DNA of 53,077 nucleotides from Sulfurimonadaceae bacterium (GTDB taxonomy: Bacteria; Campylobacterota; Campylobacteria; Campylobacterales; Sulfurimonadaceae), in contig JBFEIF010000001.1 in NCBI GenBank assembly GCA_041553795.1, forward strand, positions 1 to 53,077, written 5' to 3'. The translations under genes were made by a program, and so were the position numbers. The notes below the pieces were generated by a model, which had not been told where the DNA came from, ran no database searches, and saw only the letters and a list, made by a program, of their open reading frames with translations. Positions 8,889 to 18,449 of the stretch are shown here, piece after piece; the stretch's first letter is position 1, and each line of letters starts with the position of its first letter.

Positions 8889-10420
8889 TTTAGTACCACC
8901 TTTAACACACTAGAATATTTTTTACTCTCTTCGTCAAATTCAATCTTTTTGATTGAAAACTTATATTGTGATGCCCTTGTCTTGGTATACCATTCAATCA
9001 AATTCGTGATTTGCTTATCTTTACTTGATAAAAGATGCATTGTAAAGCTTTTTTCTTGTGTTGCATTGTTTTCTGAATAAGTAAGTTCATTCATTTCAAC
9101 ATTATATTTGTTCAAATCTTTTGTAAGGCTGCTGATACGCTCTGCCTTCATAGGATAATTGACTTTAACATCATGTATCTTTGTAAGTACGGATTTTTTA
9201 TCTTCCAATGCTTTCACTTCATTCTGAACTAGAGTCTTGACTTTTTCCATCTCAGCAGTATGGTGTTTGATCTGGCTCTCTCTGTTTTGTCGCTGTAGAT
9301 GCACACCTTCATATTCCGATTCAAGCGCAGCTTTTTTAATACTCTCAATACCATCGAGCGTCCAATAGATACCAGGATAAATCATAGCAAGAACAGTGGC
9401 AGCTGCCACTGTCAGGATCAACTGCCCACTGGCACGTTTTACGAATTCAGGCGGACGTGGAAAACGTGTAAAGTTACATTCGTATTTGTCTTCTACTTCA
9501 AGTTGTGCTGTCAGCTGCATCAGTAGATGTAACTGATCTATATACCATTCTTCAGTTTCAAACCCATAGTTAAAGTCAAAATCACTTGAGTCTAATCCGA
9601 GATATGTCTGAGAATACTCGTCCATGCCGACGATTGCACCGACTTCTGAACCGATATAGACTTTATCAATACGGTCAAGTTCGAAGGCTCGTTTTGAATA
9701 GGTCATCACATCATTTATGTGTAAAAAGATTTCCCCGAAAAGCTTGATAAGATACTGCTGATTATCGCTTTCGCTGCTTCTGAGGCCTTCTTCTGATAAT
9801 AACTTTGTAAACTCAGAAAGCGCTATTTGTTCACCCAGAAGTTCACAATATCTATCATGCATCTGAGAAAATGAATATTTGAGTGATTTCGTATACAAGA
9901 ATTCTCTATCATCATAAAGAGTAAGAAAGGCGTCATCACTTTGGAAATAGATGAAACAATGGGTACCGCTGTCTTCAATGATCTCTTTTTTGTAAAGTGA
10001 ACGTATTAGAAGTGGTGCAGGTGTGATCTGGTCTATATATTTGACTTGTTCGATGACTCCAGCAAAAGCCTCAGTGATACTTAAAGGATCGACAACAAAG
10101 ACATGATAGTTCTTGTTCCCATCTGATGCACTATCGGCAGACTCGACAAAACTTATCTGATATTCGATCGCCATATCAAGACCAAGTTCCTCATAGATCT
10201 TGTTCTCTATAGCATCACCTATATCTTCTTCAGGTATGTTTTGGCTTATAGCTATTTGCGTTGTGATGAAGTCTTGTGTCTTAAGATAAGAGACTGCATA
10301 CTGATCTTTGAAGTATTGAGGTTTGTCAGCAACTTTGATCTGTGTTGTTGTACCTGTATAAAAAGAATTATTATACGGATCTATCGAGATCGTGCTGGAG
10401 AAGGCTTGCTTCTGTTTCAT
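8885..10420 (-). CDS. PilM/PilN-like fused assembly protein (MshI position)
   Basis: 511 aa: cytoplasmic N-domain, one TM near residue 335, and a periplasmic coiled coil. It is the first gene of the pilus block and overlaps both neighbours by 4 nt. Confidence 0.5.
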   Translation of the reverse strand: MKQKQAFSSTISIDPYNNSFYTGTTTQIKVADKPQYFKDQYAVSYLKTQDFITTQIAISQNIPEEDIGDAIENKIYEELGLDMAIEYQISFVESADSASDGNKNYHVFVVDPLSITEAFAGVIEQVKYIDQITPAPLLIRSLYKKEIIEDSGTHCFIYFQSDDAFLTLYDDREFLYTKSLKYSFSQMHDRYCELLGEQIALSEFTKLLSEEGLRSSESDNQQYLIKLFGEIFLHINDVMTYSKRAFELDRIDKVYIGSEVGAIVGMDEYSQTYLGLDSSDFDFNYGFETEEWYIDQLHLLMQLTAQLEVEDKYECNFTRFPRPPEFVKRASGQLILTVAAATVLAMIYPGIYWTLDGIESIKKAALESEYEGVHLQRQNRESQIKHHTAEMEKVKTLVQNEVKALEDKKSVLTKIHDVKVNYPMKAERISSLTKDLNKYNVEMNELTYSENNATQEKSFTMHLLSSKDKQITNLIEWYTKTRASQYKFSIKKIEFDEESKKYSSVLKVVLK

Positions 10421-11718
10421 TCGTTGTTCCTAGCTACATAATTTAAAATTACCATTCCACAAAAAGAACCTTGTTTATAAAACTCGGCCCTAAACTTTTT
10501 CTTTTCAGGATCAATTGAAAAGTGTTTTAGCAGTGAAGATTCAGCAATTTTTATTCCCAATTCATTTTTGTACCGAGGATCTGTATAGCCGATCACATTC
10601 AACCGGTACCCCTGCGGTGCATTAAAGACTATATCGGACATTATTTTAACTTCTGAAGGTAAATGGATAGATTTATTTTCTCCATCTACAATTGCTTCAA
10701 AAGGACCTTCACATTTCCCTGGAGGGAAGGCTGTCGTACTCAGATGTGAAATCTTTTTATGTCCGATGTATATATCAATGAACCCATCACCCTCTACAAC
10801 ACCGCCTAAGGGGTGTGAAAAGTATAACTCGTTCTTATCCGATTGTAGCGGAATATATCTTAAATTTTTTCTTAAGTTATCCAGATCAAGTGATATTTTG
10901 GTATTTATTACGATTTTACCATTGTTTTTTGTTATTTTTTTAACATTGTCTGAATCAAGTTCAAAGTCTCTTTGGTATTCGATGCCCATAATCTGCATAA
11001 ATGCTTCGATTGCACGAAGTTGATAATAGACTTTTTGTGCCGTTGTCTTTAGCTCTTTACTGGTCTCTATAGCAAAGGCCGGCTTGTTATTGTTAATAGC
11101 GAAATAGGTAAGGGAATGCTGCATCTCATTGTTTTTATTCTTTGTCTTGGTATTGCGAACATTAAAACTGTGATGATCTTGCAACAGATGCTGATTGAGT
11201 TTGTCACTGACTTTTTGTGCGATACATTCCAAGTCTCCGTAACTTCTGTTCTGATCAAGTCTGATCTGGTCTATGACACAAGTCTGTCCCCATGCTCCTG
11301 GGTTAAAGATGGTATTGGTGTACTTTTCTCTAAAAAAACCGTGTCCGTCATGCAGGTTTAGAATGAGTTCTACTTCCTTGTTTAAGATCAATGACTTGAT
11401 CTCTTGTATGGTACTGAGGTCTTTATCAATATGTGAGATAGTTGAAAACTTCCGATTAAGATCACCATTGATACCGCGCCGATATTTTAAGATACTTTCC
11501 TTATTGGCGTTAGGCACTACCCAAAGTGTACCTTTTGTGATGGTGTAGTGCTGGGTAAGGATTGAAGCTGCAAAATAACCGCCGGGCTCATTTCCGTGGA
11601 TCCCTCCAAAGACAAGAAGAGTGGGGCCCTTTTCCTGTCCATTTATCTTATAGAGGTCAAAATTTTCATAAGCAAATGCTGAAAAAAAAAATATCAGCAG
11701 TGTATAAAAAAATCTCAT
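10417..11718 (-). CDS. M14/M99-type peptidoglycan DL-carboxypeptidase (Csd4/Pgp1-like)
   Basis: Signal peptide and zinc-carboxypeptidase motif GGIHGNEPGG, followed by about 200 aa of beta-rich C-terminal domains. Size (433 aa) and the Csd6-like neighbour fit the cell-shape enzyme. Confidence 0.65.
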   Translation of the reverse strand: MRFFYTLLIFFFSAFAYENFDLYKINGQEKGPTLLVFGGIHGNEPGGYFAASILTQHYTITKGTLWVVPNANKESILKYRRGINGDLNRKFSTISHIDKDLSTIQEIKSLILNKEVELILNLHDGHGFFREKYTNTIFNPGAWGQTCVIDQIRLDQNRSYGDLECIAQKVSDKLNQHLLQDHHSFNVRNTKTKNKNNEMQHSLTYFAINNNKPAFAIETSKELKTTAQKVYYQLRAIEAFMQIMGIEYQRDFELDSDNVKKITKNNGKIVINTKISLDLDNLRKNLRYIPLQSDKNELYFSHPLGGVVEGDGFIDIYIGHKKISHLSTTAFPPGKCEGPFEAIVDGENKSIHLPSEVKIMSDIVFNAPQGYRLNVIGYTDPRYKNELGIKIAESSLLKHFSIDPEKKKFRAEFYKQGSFCGMVILNYVARNNE

Positions 11719-12684
11719 CTACTTCTCTGCTAGAATAGTGAACTTACCGCTATTAAGATGAACATATAATTCTTTTTCTCCATTATAGTGATAGCTCGGG
11801 GAATTGTACTCTTCAGTAAAACTTATTAGGTATATGTTCTCTTTATGTGCCATAGGGTAAGGAACAATGTTTATTTTTGAAAAGCGTATCTGCTTGTATT
11901 CGTTTTTAGAAAAGACTCTGCTCTTATACTCTTTGAAACGTGAAATACTCAAGCCGTCATTACGTTTAAACTCCTGATCATAAAAGTCCAGATAGCTTGA
12001 GATATCATTTTCCTTCCATGCTTTTCTCCATGCATAAAGCTGTGATAGCAGGGTGATAAGTTCTTCTTTTTGGACTTTAGGATAAGCATTTACATCAATA
12101 TATACGAGAGCCTCTTTGAAGTTGATCTGATCTTTGAGTTGCTCAAGGTTACTGTTGTTGATAGCAATGCACCCTTTGGTAAAATCATCTCTTTCCTGGT
12201 TGTAAGGCAGGCCATGTACCCATATCCCTGAACCGTTCTTGCCTTGTACAACATCAAATGTATTCGGATATGAGGTGACAAAGGCTAGCGGTCCATAAAA
12301 CGAGTCTACTTTATCGAGTTTTTGTATTATTCTATAGACACCGATAGGTGTTTTTAGATCACCTTCTCTTTGTTTGTCTCCAGTCTGTTTTCCTATAAAT
12401 GCAGAAAAGTTTGTGTTCTGTATAAAGCTGTTATTATCGTCTTTTGTATAAAGTGTAAGACTGGCATTGTCTTTGTTACAGGCTAAGATATAATTGATGC
12501 CCTCTAAAAATCCAAAGTCAGTATTGACCTCATGAAGCCTTCTTTCCCAATATTCTTTAGTCGTCAGTTCCGTATCAAAGATACTCTCAATACTCTGAAA
12601 ACCTTCTTTCTGATAAAGATCAATGAGTTGATCATTGGCAAAAACCGATAAGGTGAAAAATACAGAGAAAAAAAATGTACGCAT
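11719..12684 (-). CDS. YkuD-fold L,D-carboxypeptidase/transpeptidase with an NTF2-like C-domain (Csd6/Pgp2-like)
   Basis: Signal peptide. YkuD motifs GDLKTPIGVYRI, GSGIWVHG and the catalytic TKGCIAI. The C-terminal domain (LYAWRKAWKENDISSYLDFY) is SnoaL/NTF2-like. Confidence 0.7.
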   Translation of the reverse strand: MRTFFFSVFFTLSVFANDQLIDLYQKEGFQSIESIFDTELTTKEYWERRLHEVNTDFGFLEGINYILACNKDNASLTLYTKDDNNSFIQNTNFSAFIGKQTGDKQREGDLKTPIGVYRIIQKLDKVDSFYGPLAFVTSYPNTFDVVQGKNGSGIWVHGLPYNQERDDFTKGCIAINNSNLEQLKDQINFKEALVYIDVNAYPKVQKEELITLLSQLYAWRKAWKENDISSYLDFYDQEFKRNDGLSISRFKEYKSRVFSKNEYKQIRFSKINIVPYPMAHKENIYLISFTEEYNSPSYHYNGEKELYVHLNSGKFTILAEK

Positions 12685-13589
12685 TAGAATTTATAGCCTA
12701 TGTCTTCAAGTGATTGTTTGTCGTTTGTCCAGCCTTTTTTTACAGAAACAAAAAGATCCAAGAAAACTTTTTTCCCAATAAGGTTTTCGATCTGTATGCG
12801 GGCATCTCTACCGATACGTTTGATCGCGGCTCCGCCTTGGCCGATAATGATCCCTTTTTGTGTCTGCTTCTCAACGATGATAGTCGCCCGTATCTTTTCA
12901 AGGTTTTTTGACTCTTCGACCTTGTCGATCAGAACATCTGTCTCGTAGGGGATCTCATCGCTGATATTGTCAAAGATAGCCTCTCGGATAAACTCTTTGT
13001 AGATATCGCGTAACATCTCAGTAGTAAGATCTTCAGGATCATACAGATAGGGGGAGACAGGCAGATGTTTGCAGATCTCGTCTAAGACAGACTCAAAACC
13101 GATCCCGCCCTTTGTGACAGAGACCGGGATGATAGCGAGAAAATTGTCTTGGAACTCCTGATATTCCTGTATCTTTTGAAGGATCTTCTCGTTACTGACA
13201 TGATCGATCTTACTGAGCAAGACGATATGTGGTCTATTGGTCAATTTTAAAAACTTCTGATACTCTTCAGTGGAGTCTGTAACCGGTGCAAGGAAAATGA
13301 TGATGTCACAATCACCTATCGCTTTAATCGCTTCTTTCATCATAAACTGGTTTAACATCTTTTCTTTTTCATGCAGTCCGGGAGTATCGACAAATATTAT
13401 CTGATTCTTTTTATGCATGACGATCGCATTGATACGTTTGCGTGTGGCATTGGCCTTTTGAGAGACCATCGAGATCTTTTCACCTAAAAGAGCGTTCATC
13501 AGGGTACTTTTACCCGCATTTGGACGCCCGACTATGGCAACAAAGCCAGCTTTTGTCGCTTCAGTAACGCCTGATTTAGTATCGCTCAT
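12684..13589 (-). CDS. era: GTPase Era
   Basis: G1 GRPNAGKST, G3 DTPG, and a C-terminal KH domain (IIGQGGAAIKRIG). Confidence 0.95.
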   Translation of the reverse strand: MSDTKSGVTEATKAGFVAIVGRPNAGKSTLMNALLGEKISMVSQKANATRKRINAIVMHKKNQIIFVDTPGLHEKEKMLNQFMMKEAIKAIGDCDIIIFLAPVTDSTEEYQKFLKLTNRPHIVLLSKIDHVSNEKILQKIQEYQEFQDNFLAIIPVSVTKGGIGFESVLDEICKHLPVSPYLYDPEDLTTEMLRDIYKEFIREAIFDNISDEIPYETDVLIDKVEESKNLEKIRATIIVEKQTQKGIIIGQGGAAIKRIGRDARIQIENLIGKKVFLDLFVSVKKGWTNDKQSLEDIGYKF

Positions 13590-13610
13590 TGGTAGCTTCC
13601 TTATATGTTT

Positions 13611-14939
13611 CTATAAAATGTATCGGGCAATGTCTTCATCTTCGATGAGCATGTCCAGTTTTGCATGAACCAGTTCTTTAGTGATCACGATCTTCTCACC
13701 GGCTCTTTCATCTGCAGAAAAACTGATGTCCTCAATGACCTTTTCAATCACGGTATGCAGCCTTCGTGCACCGATGTCTTCAGTCTTTTCATTAGCAGTA
13801 TGCGAGAGTTTTGCAAGAGCACGGATGGCTTCGTCATCAAAACTGAGTTCGATCTCTTCAACCGCTAAAAGCGCTTCGTATTGACGGAGCAAAGAACTCT
13901 TTGTCTGTGTCAGTATCTGATAAAGTGCTTCTTCTGTCATAGGGTTTAGTTCAACACGCAAAGGAAAACGTCCTTGAAGCTCAGGGATCAGGTCGCTTGG
14001 CTTACTGACATGAAAGGCCCCTGCGGCTATAAACAGTATATGGTCCGTTTTGATCTGACCAAACTTTGTTGTGACATTCGAGCCTTCAACGATTGGCAGA
14101 AGATCTCTTTGGACACCTTCTTTACTTGGATCGCTTCGGCCGTCATTTTTGGCACCGACTGCAATCTTGTCGATCTCATCCAAAAATATGATCCCGCCTT
14201 CTTCTGCCCGTTTAAGTGCTTCTTGCTGAATGGCATTCATATCAAGAAGTTTGTCGCCGGCTTCGATTTTTAGTATGTGTTTAGCATCAAATACCGAGAC
14301 TTCTTTTTTAAGATCCTCTTTGCTAAGCCCGGAAAACATCTTAGAAAACGATTCTTGAATACGCGCCATTTCCGGCGGCATATTGGTGTCATTAAAGTCG
14401 ATACTGCTCTTTGGCATTTCTATTTCGATCATCTTCTCATCCATATCACCGCTCATGACACGTTCTTTCATACGTTCACGGGAATGGGTGTATTCCTCTT
14501 TTTTTTCAGCACTTGCCATAAGCGGAAGAGGGGGAAGAAGTCTGTCGACTATCTTGTCAAGGACATAATTCCCGATCTGCTCAATATTCTTTTCTTGATG
14601 CTCTTTCTTGACAATATCGATTGATGCCATCACGAGGTCACGGACCATAGACTCTACATCACGTCCAACGAAGCCGACTTCGGTGTACTTGCTTGCTTCT
14701 ACTTTTATAAAAGGCAGGTTTAAGAGTTTGGCCAGACGGCGGGCAATCTCTGTTTTCCCAACGCCCGTTGAGCCGATCATCAAGATGTTCTTTGGCATGA
14801 TCTCATCTTGAAGGCTTTCATCCAAAAGCATACGGCGATAACGGGTACGAAGGGCAATGGCTATCGTTTTTTTGGCATTGTCCTGACCGATGATATATTC
14901 ATCTAAATAGGCTACGGTCTGTTTAGGTGTCATATTCAT
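13611..14939 (-). CDS. hslU: ATP-dependent protease ATPase subunit HslU
   Basis: Walker A GSTGVGKTEIARRLA and Walker B IIFLDEIDK. I chose the start MNMTPKQ because it forms a TAATG overlap with the hslV stop; the longer ORF start at 14987 would overlap hslV by 49 nt. Confidence 0.95.
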   Translation of the reverse strand: MNMTPKQTVAYLDEYIIGQDNAKKTIAIALRTRYRRMLLDESLQDEIMPKNILMIGSTGVGKTEIARRLAKLLNLPFIKVEASKYTEVGFVGRDVESMVRDLVMASIDIVKKEHQEKNIEQIGNYVLDKIVDRLLPPLPLMASAEKKEEYTHSRERMKERVMSGDMDEKMIEIEMPKSSIDFNDTNMPPEMARIQESFSKMFSGLSKEDLKKEVSVFDAKHILKIEAGDKLLDMNAIQQEALKRAEEGGIIFLDEIDKIAVGAKNDGRSDPSKEGVQRDLLPIVEGSNVTTKFGQIKTDHILFIAAGAFHVSKPSDLIPELQGRFPLRVELNPMTEEALYQILTQTKSSLLRQYEALLAVEEIELSFDDEAIRALAKLSHTANEKTEDIGARRLHTVIEKVIEDISFSADERAGEKIVITKELVHAKLDMLIEDEDIARYIL

Positions 14940-15475
14940 TAATTGTCCAAAGAAAGGAGTTTGATATTGTTGTTGGTATAGATACACAGTTCTGAAGCGA
15001 TCTGAAGACTCTCTTTTACCAAAGATTCTTCATCCATATCTGCATGCCGTTTGAGTGCACGTGCAGCAGAAATAGCAAAGTTGCCGCCGGAACCGATAGA
15101 GGCTAATTCACCATCTTCAGGCTCAACAACATCTCCGTTACCGGTAAGAATATAGATATGTTCTTTGTTGAGTACGATCATCATTGCTTCAAGGCGGCGA
15201 AGCACCTTGTCTTTTCTCCATGCTTTTGAAAAGTCGATGACGGCCTTGATAAGGTCACCTTTGCGGTTGGCTAGAAATTCTTCAAACATGTCAAAAAGAT
15301 TGAAGGCATCAGCGGTGGAACCTGCGAAGCCTGCCAGTATCTCACCCTTGTATAAGGTCCTAATCTTAGTGGCATTGTTCTTCAATACTGAGTCACCAAA
15401 GGTGACTTGACCGTCTCCTCCAATGACCGCTTTGTTTTTGCCCTTATAAGCAAGTATTGTTGTTGCGTCGAACAT
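14939..15475 (-). CDS. hslV: ATP-dependent protease subunit HslV
   Basis: N-terminal TTILAY active-site threonine context and GGDGQVT. It lies directly upstream of hslU. Confidence 0.95.
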   Translation of the reverse strand: MFDATTILAYKGKNKAVIGGDGQVTFGDSVLKNNATKIRTLYKGEILAGFAGSTADAFNLFDMFEEFLANRKGDLIKAVIDFSKAWRKDKVLRRLEAMMIVLNKEHIYILTGNGDVVEPEDGELASIGSGGNFAISAARALKRHADMDEESLVKESLQIASELCIYTNNNIKLLSLDN

Positions 15476-15921
15476 TATTCGCTAACGATCTCTATTTTCA
15501 TCATGGCATGAAGACCATGTCCAAGCTTCAAGTCGATCTCGTATTCACCAGGCTCTTTCATTGCCAGTTTGTGCACGATATGCTTTTTGTCAATATCAAT
15601 ATTATGTTGTTCTTTGACAGCATGAGCGATCTCATCTTTAGTGACGGAGCCGAATAGATGGCCGTTCTCACCGACTTTTTTACGAATAACAGTGACGAGA
15701 CCCGCAAGTTGTACTTTTACTTCTTTAAGACGTTCAAGTTCTGCTTCTTCCATTTCGGCTTTCTTCTTCTCTGAAGCATTGTGCTGGTTCAATACGGCAT
15801 TGGTCGCGGCTTTGGCAAAACCTTTTCCGATAAGGAAGTTCTGTCCATAACCATCTTTGACTTCTTTGACTTCGCCTGCTTTTCCCAGACCTTTTACATC
15901 TTTAATCAATAGTACTTTCAT
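15475..15921 (-). CDS. rplI: 50S ribosomal protein L9
   Basis: [30 protein letters not shown] is the typical L9 N-domain. Length is 148 aa. Confidence 0.95.
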   Translation of the reverse strand: MKVLLIKDVKGLGKAGEVKEVKDGYGQNFLIGKGFAKAATNAVLNQHNASEKKKAEMEEAELERLKEVKVQLAGLVTVIRKKVGENGHLFGSVTKDEIAHAVKEQHNIDIDKKHIVHKLAMKEPGEYEIDLKLGHGLHAMMKIEIVSE

Positions 15922-16016
15922 TATATATTCTTTCTTTTTTGAGAGGAACCCTCTCTTTGTTTATTTATGTGTGAAGATTTTAGCAGATTTGCTCTTAGAT
16001 GTACATCTTTCGAGCT

Positions 16017-16745
16017 CTAGCGTACGATTTCCCCACGATACCCAGATATTCCATGGGCAAGGTTGACAACACTTTTAAAATTCATGTCAGAAAGTATTCT
16101 TTGACAGTGGGCACTTCTGCTGCCGACATGGCAATACAATATAACACTTTTATTTGTGTCAAGTTCGGCTTTTTCCAGAGAATTGAAAAAACTTGTTGTC
16201 GGTACCAATGCATTGGTGCCTTTGATGTGCCCGCTTTGGTACTCCATCCATTCTCTTACATCCACAAGATTAAAGTCGACCATTCCCAGGTCACGTGCTT
16301 CTAACAATGAGAGAAGTTCATCTGAGTCGATGTTTGCTTGTTCGAGAAGTTGCTCACACTCCTGTTTAGTAAGCCCACGGGAATGCTCATGCGTTACAGC
16401 CTCAAGTTCGTCTTTAGCGGCTTTGTTGGCAGCGTATTCGGGTGTACAGAAGATCTGGCAGTGACAAACACCGTCATTCGGTATCTCATGCTCTATAGCA
16501 GGCTTACATGGACAGATACGATCCTCTTCTTTGTCCCCCGTTACAAAGAAACATGGACAGTATCGTTTGTCGTAGATAAGTTTATTCCGTGTTAGACCCA
16601 TCTGGATACCTTCGTTAATTAGTGGGTCCGGATTGTAGGCATAGCCGAATTGCTCAACTACTTTGTCTGTAAACTTGACGGTCTTGGCAAGTTCAGTCTT
16701 GAACTCAGCTGATTCCGGGTCAACTTTCTTCATTTCAGTGCTCAT
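16017..16745 (-). CDS. Ferredoxin-thioredoxin reductase catalytic-subunit-like domain fused to a rhodanese domain
   Basis: The CPC...CPC...CHC cysteine pattern (CPCFFVTGDKEEDRICPCKPAIEHEIPNDGVCHC) is followed by a rhodanese active-site loop, CHVGSRS. Confidence 0.75.
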   Translation of the reverse strand: MSTEMKKVDPESAEFKTELAKTVKFTDKVVEQFGYAYNPDPLINEGIQMGLTRNKLIYDKRYCPCFFVTGDKEEDRICPCKPAIEHEIPNDGVCHCQIFCTPEYAANKAAKDELEAVTHEHSRGLTKQECEQLLEQANIDSDELLSLLEARDLGMVDFNLVDVREWMEYQSGHIKGTNALVPTTSFFNSLEKAELDTNKSVILYCHVGSRSAHCQRILSDMNFKSVVNLAHGISGYRGEIVR

Positions 16746-16819
16746 GGCTTTAGTCCTTATAGTTTATTAGGTATAAAATATTACTTATAGATGGTTAAAG
16801 GCAGCTATGTGATAAAGTG

Positions 16820-16843
16820 AAGATGCCAGTGTTCAGGCATCTT
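16820..16843 (-). terminator. Candidate stem-loop terminator downstream of argG
   Basis: 8-bp perfect stem AAGATGCC/GGCATCTT with an 8-nt loop, 12 nt past the argG stop. The trailing U-tract on the minus strand is weak (TCACTTTATC). Confidence 0.35.
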
Positions 16844-16854
16844 TAAATCAATGG

Positions 16855-18090
16855 CTACTTTTTACGCGCTTTACCAGCAATGATAAAACGAAGTGCATTA
16901 AGTTTGATAAAGCCTTCTGCATCTTTTTGGTTATAGACTTCATCTTCTTCAAAAGTCGAATACTCTGGGTTGAAAAGGGAATCGGCAGAGGCACGGCCGA
17001 CAACCATTACATTACCTTTGTAAAGTTTAAGGCGGACTGTTCCGTTGACATATTCCTGAGTCTTGTTAATAGCGGCTTGAAGCATCTCACGCTCAGGTGA
17101 GAACCAGAACCCGTTATAGATCAGTTTTGCATAACGCGGCATCATCTCGTCTTTAAGATGAGCTGCTTCTCTGTCTAGTGTGATAGACTCTATAGCACGG
17201 TGGGCTTTCAGCATGATAGTCCCGCCCGGAGTCTCATAGCAGCCGCGTGCTTTCATACCGACAAAACGGTTCTCAACGATATCGATTCGTCCAATTCCGT
17301 GTTTTCCGCCTATCTCGTTAAGTGCCTTTAGCATAGTCGCAGGGGACAGCGCATCTCCATTGAGTGTTACAGGGTCACCATGAGCATATCCTATTTCAAT
17401 ATATTCAGCCTCATCCGGAGCATTTTCAGGAGAGTTGGTCCATAGCCACATTTTGTCTTCCGGTTCTGCATTCGGATTTTCCAAGTGCAGGCCTTCATAG
17501 GAGATATGCAGAAGGTTGGCATCCATTGAATAAGGACTGACAGCAGGGTTTCCGTCTGCATCCAAATGTTTTTTATCAATAGAGATACCATGAGCTTTGG
17601 CATAGGCAAGAAGTTTTTCTCGAGAGTTTAGATCCCATTCTCTCCACGGAGCGATGATCGTCAATGTCGAGTCTTGGCCAAGATAACCCATCTCGAAACG
17701 GACCTGATCGTTCCCTTTGCCGGTAGCACCGTGCGATACGCCGTCAGCACCTGTTATCTTTGCAATCTCCGCTTGACGTTTGGCAATAAGTGGACGCGCG
17801 ATGGACGTACCCAAAAGGTATTCACCCTCATAAATCGTGTTGGCACGAAACATAGGGAAAACATAATCTCTTACAAACTCTTCTCTAAGGTCATCGATAA
17901 AAATATTTTCAGGTTTGATACCAAGTTCAAGTGCTTTTATGCGGGCAGGCTCAAGCTCTTCACCTTGACCAAGGTCAGCGGTAAAGGTCACAACCTCACA
18001 TTTATACTCGTCTTGCAACCATTTTAAGATAACACTCGTATCCAGACCGCCAGAGTAGGCAAGTACAACTTTTTTAACTTCTTTTTTCAT
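16855..18090 (-). CDS. argG: Argininosuccinate synthase
   Basis: N-terminal [12 protein letters not shown]-binding motif. The 411-aa sequence is typical along its full length. Confidence 0.95.
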   Translation of the reverse strand: MKKEVKKVVLAYSGGLDTSVILKWLQDEYKCEVVTFTADLGQGEELEPARIKALELGIKPENIFIDDLREEFVRDYVFPMFRANTIYEGEYLLGTSIARPLIAKRQAEIAKITGADGVSHGATGKGNDQVRFEMGYLGQDSTLTIIAPWREWDLNSREKLLAYAKAHGISIDKKHLDADGNPAVSPYSMDANLLHISYEGLHLENPNAEPEDKMWLWTNSPENAPDEAEYIEIGYAHGDPVTLNGDALSPATMLKALNEIGGKHGIGRIDIVENRFVGMKARGCYETPGGTIMLKAHRAIESITLDREAAHLKDEMMPRYAKLIYNGFWFSPEREMLQAAINKTQEYVNGTVRLKLYKGNVMVVGRASADSLFNPEYSTFEEDEVYNQKDAEGFIKLNALRFIIAGKARKK

Positions 18091-18194
18091 GAATTCCCTT
18101 TATAGAGATAAAATATAGACGCGATTTTATCTAAAAAAAGATGATATAGAGTTGAAGAGATCGTGAATATAGCAGGCGGTGTAAGAAGAATCGA

Positions 18195-18449
18195 TTAATG
18201 GATCTGATCAAAAGAAGAGGTCTTCAACAGGGTACTGCTCAAAAACTCTTTTTGCTTTTTTAGTTTAACAAGTTTTGACGCAAGTGCATCTTTTTTCGAG
18301 GATAGTAAATTATGGGCTTCTTGCATAAGATAGGCAGCTTCTGTCATCTGCTCAAGAGAGTCAAAAGCAGGGAGGTCTTGAATAAGTTCTTCAATCTTAA
18401 GCTCATCTTGCTCAATAATTGAGATCTTTAGCTGATTAATCCATTGCAA
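18195..18449 (-). CDS. Small helical protein downstream of fliS (possible flagellar chaperone, FliT-like position)
   Basis: 84 aa, predicted all-helical, overlaps the fliS stop by 14 nt. I recognise no motif. Confidence 0.4.
   Translation of the reverse strand: MQWINQLKISIIEQDELKIEELIQDLPAFDSLEQMTEAAYLMQEAHNLLSSKKDALASKLVKLKKQKEFLSSTLLKTSSFDQIH

Noticed and set aside
14940-14987. Upstream extension of hslU ([16 protein letters not shown]...)
   Set aside because: It would overlap hslV by 49 nt. The internal ATG at 14939 gives the canonical TAATG coupling and a normal HslU N-terminus.
15941-15955. Hairpin GAGAGG-AAC-CCTCTC between the FTR-rhodanese gene and rplI as an intrinsic terminator
   Set aside because: On the minus (coding) strand the stem is followed by an A-run, not a U-run. 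A T-rich tail exists only on the plus strand, where no gene is transcribed. It may simply be a 5'-UTR structure of rplI.
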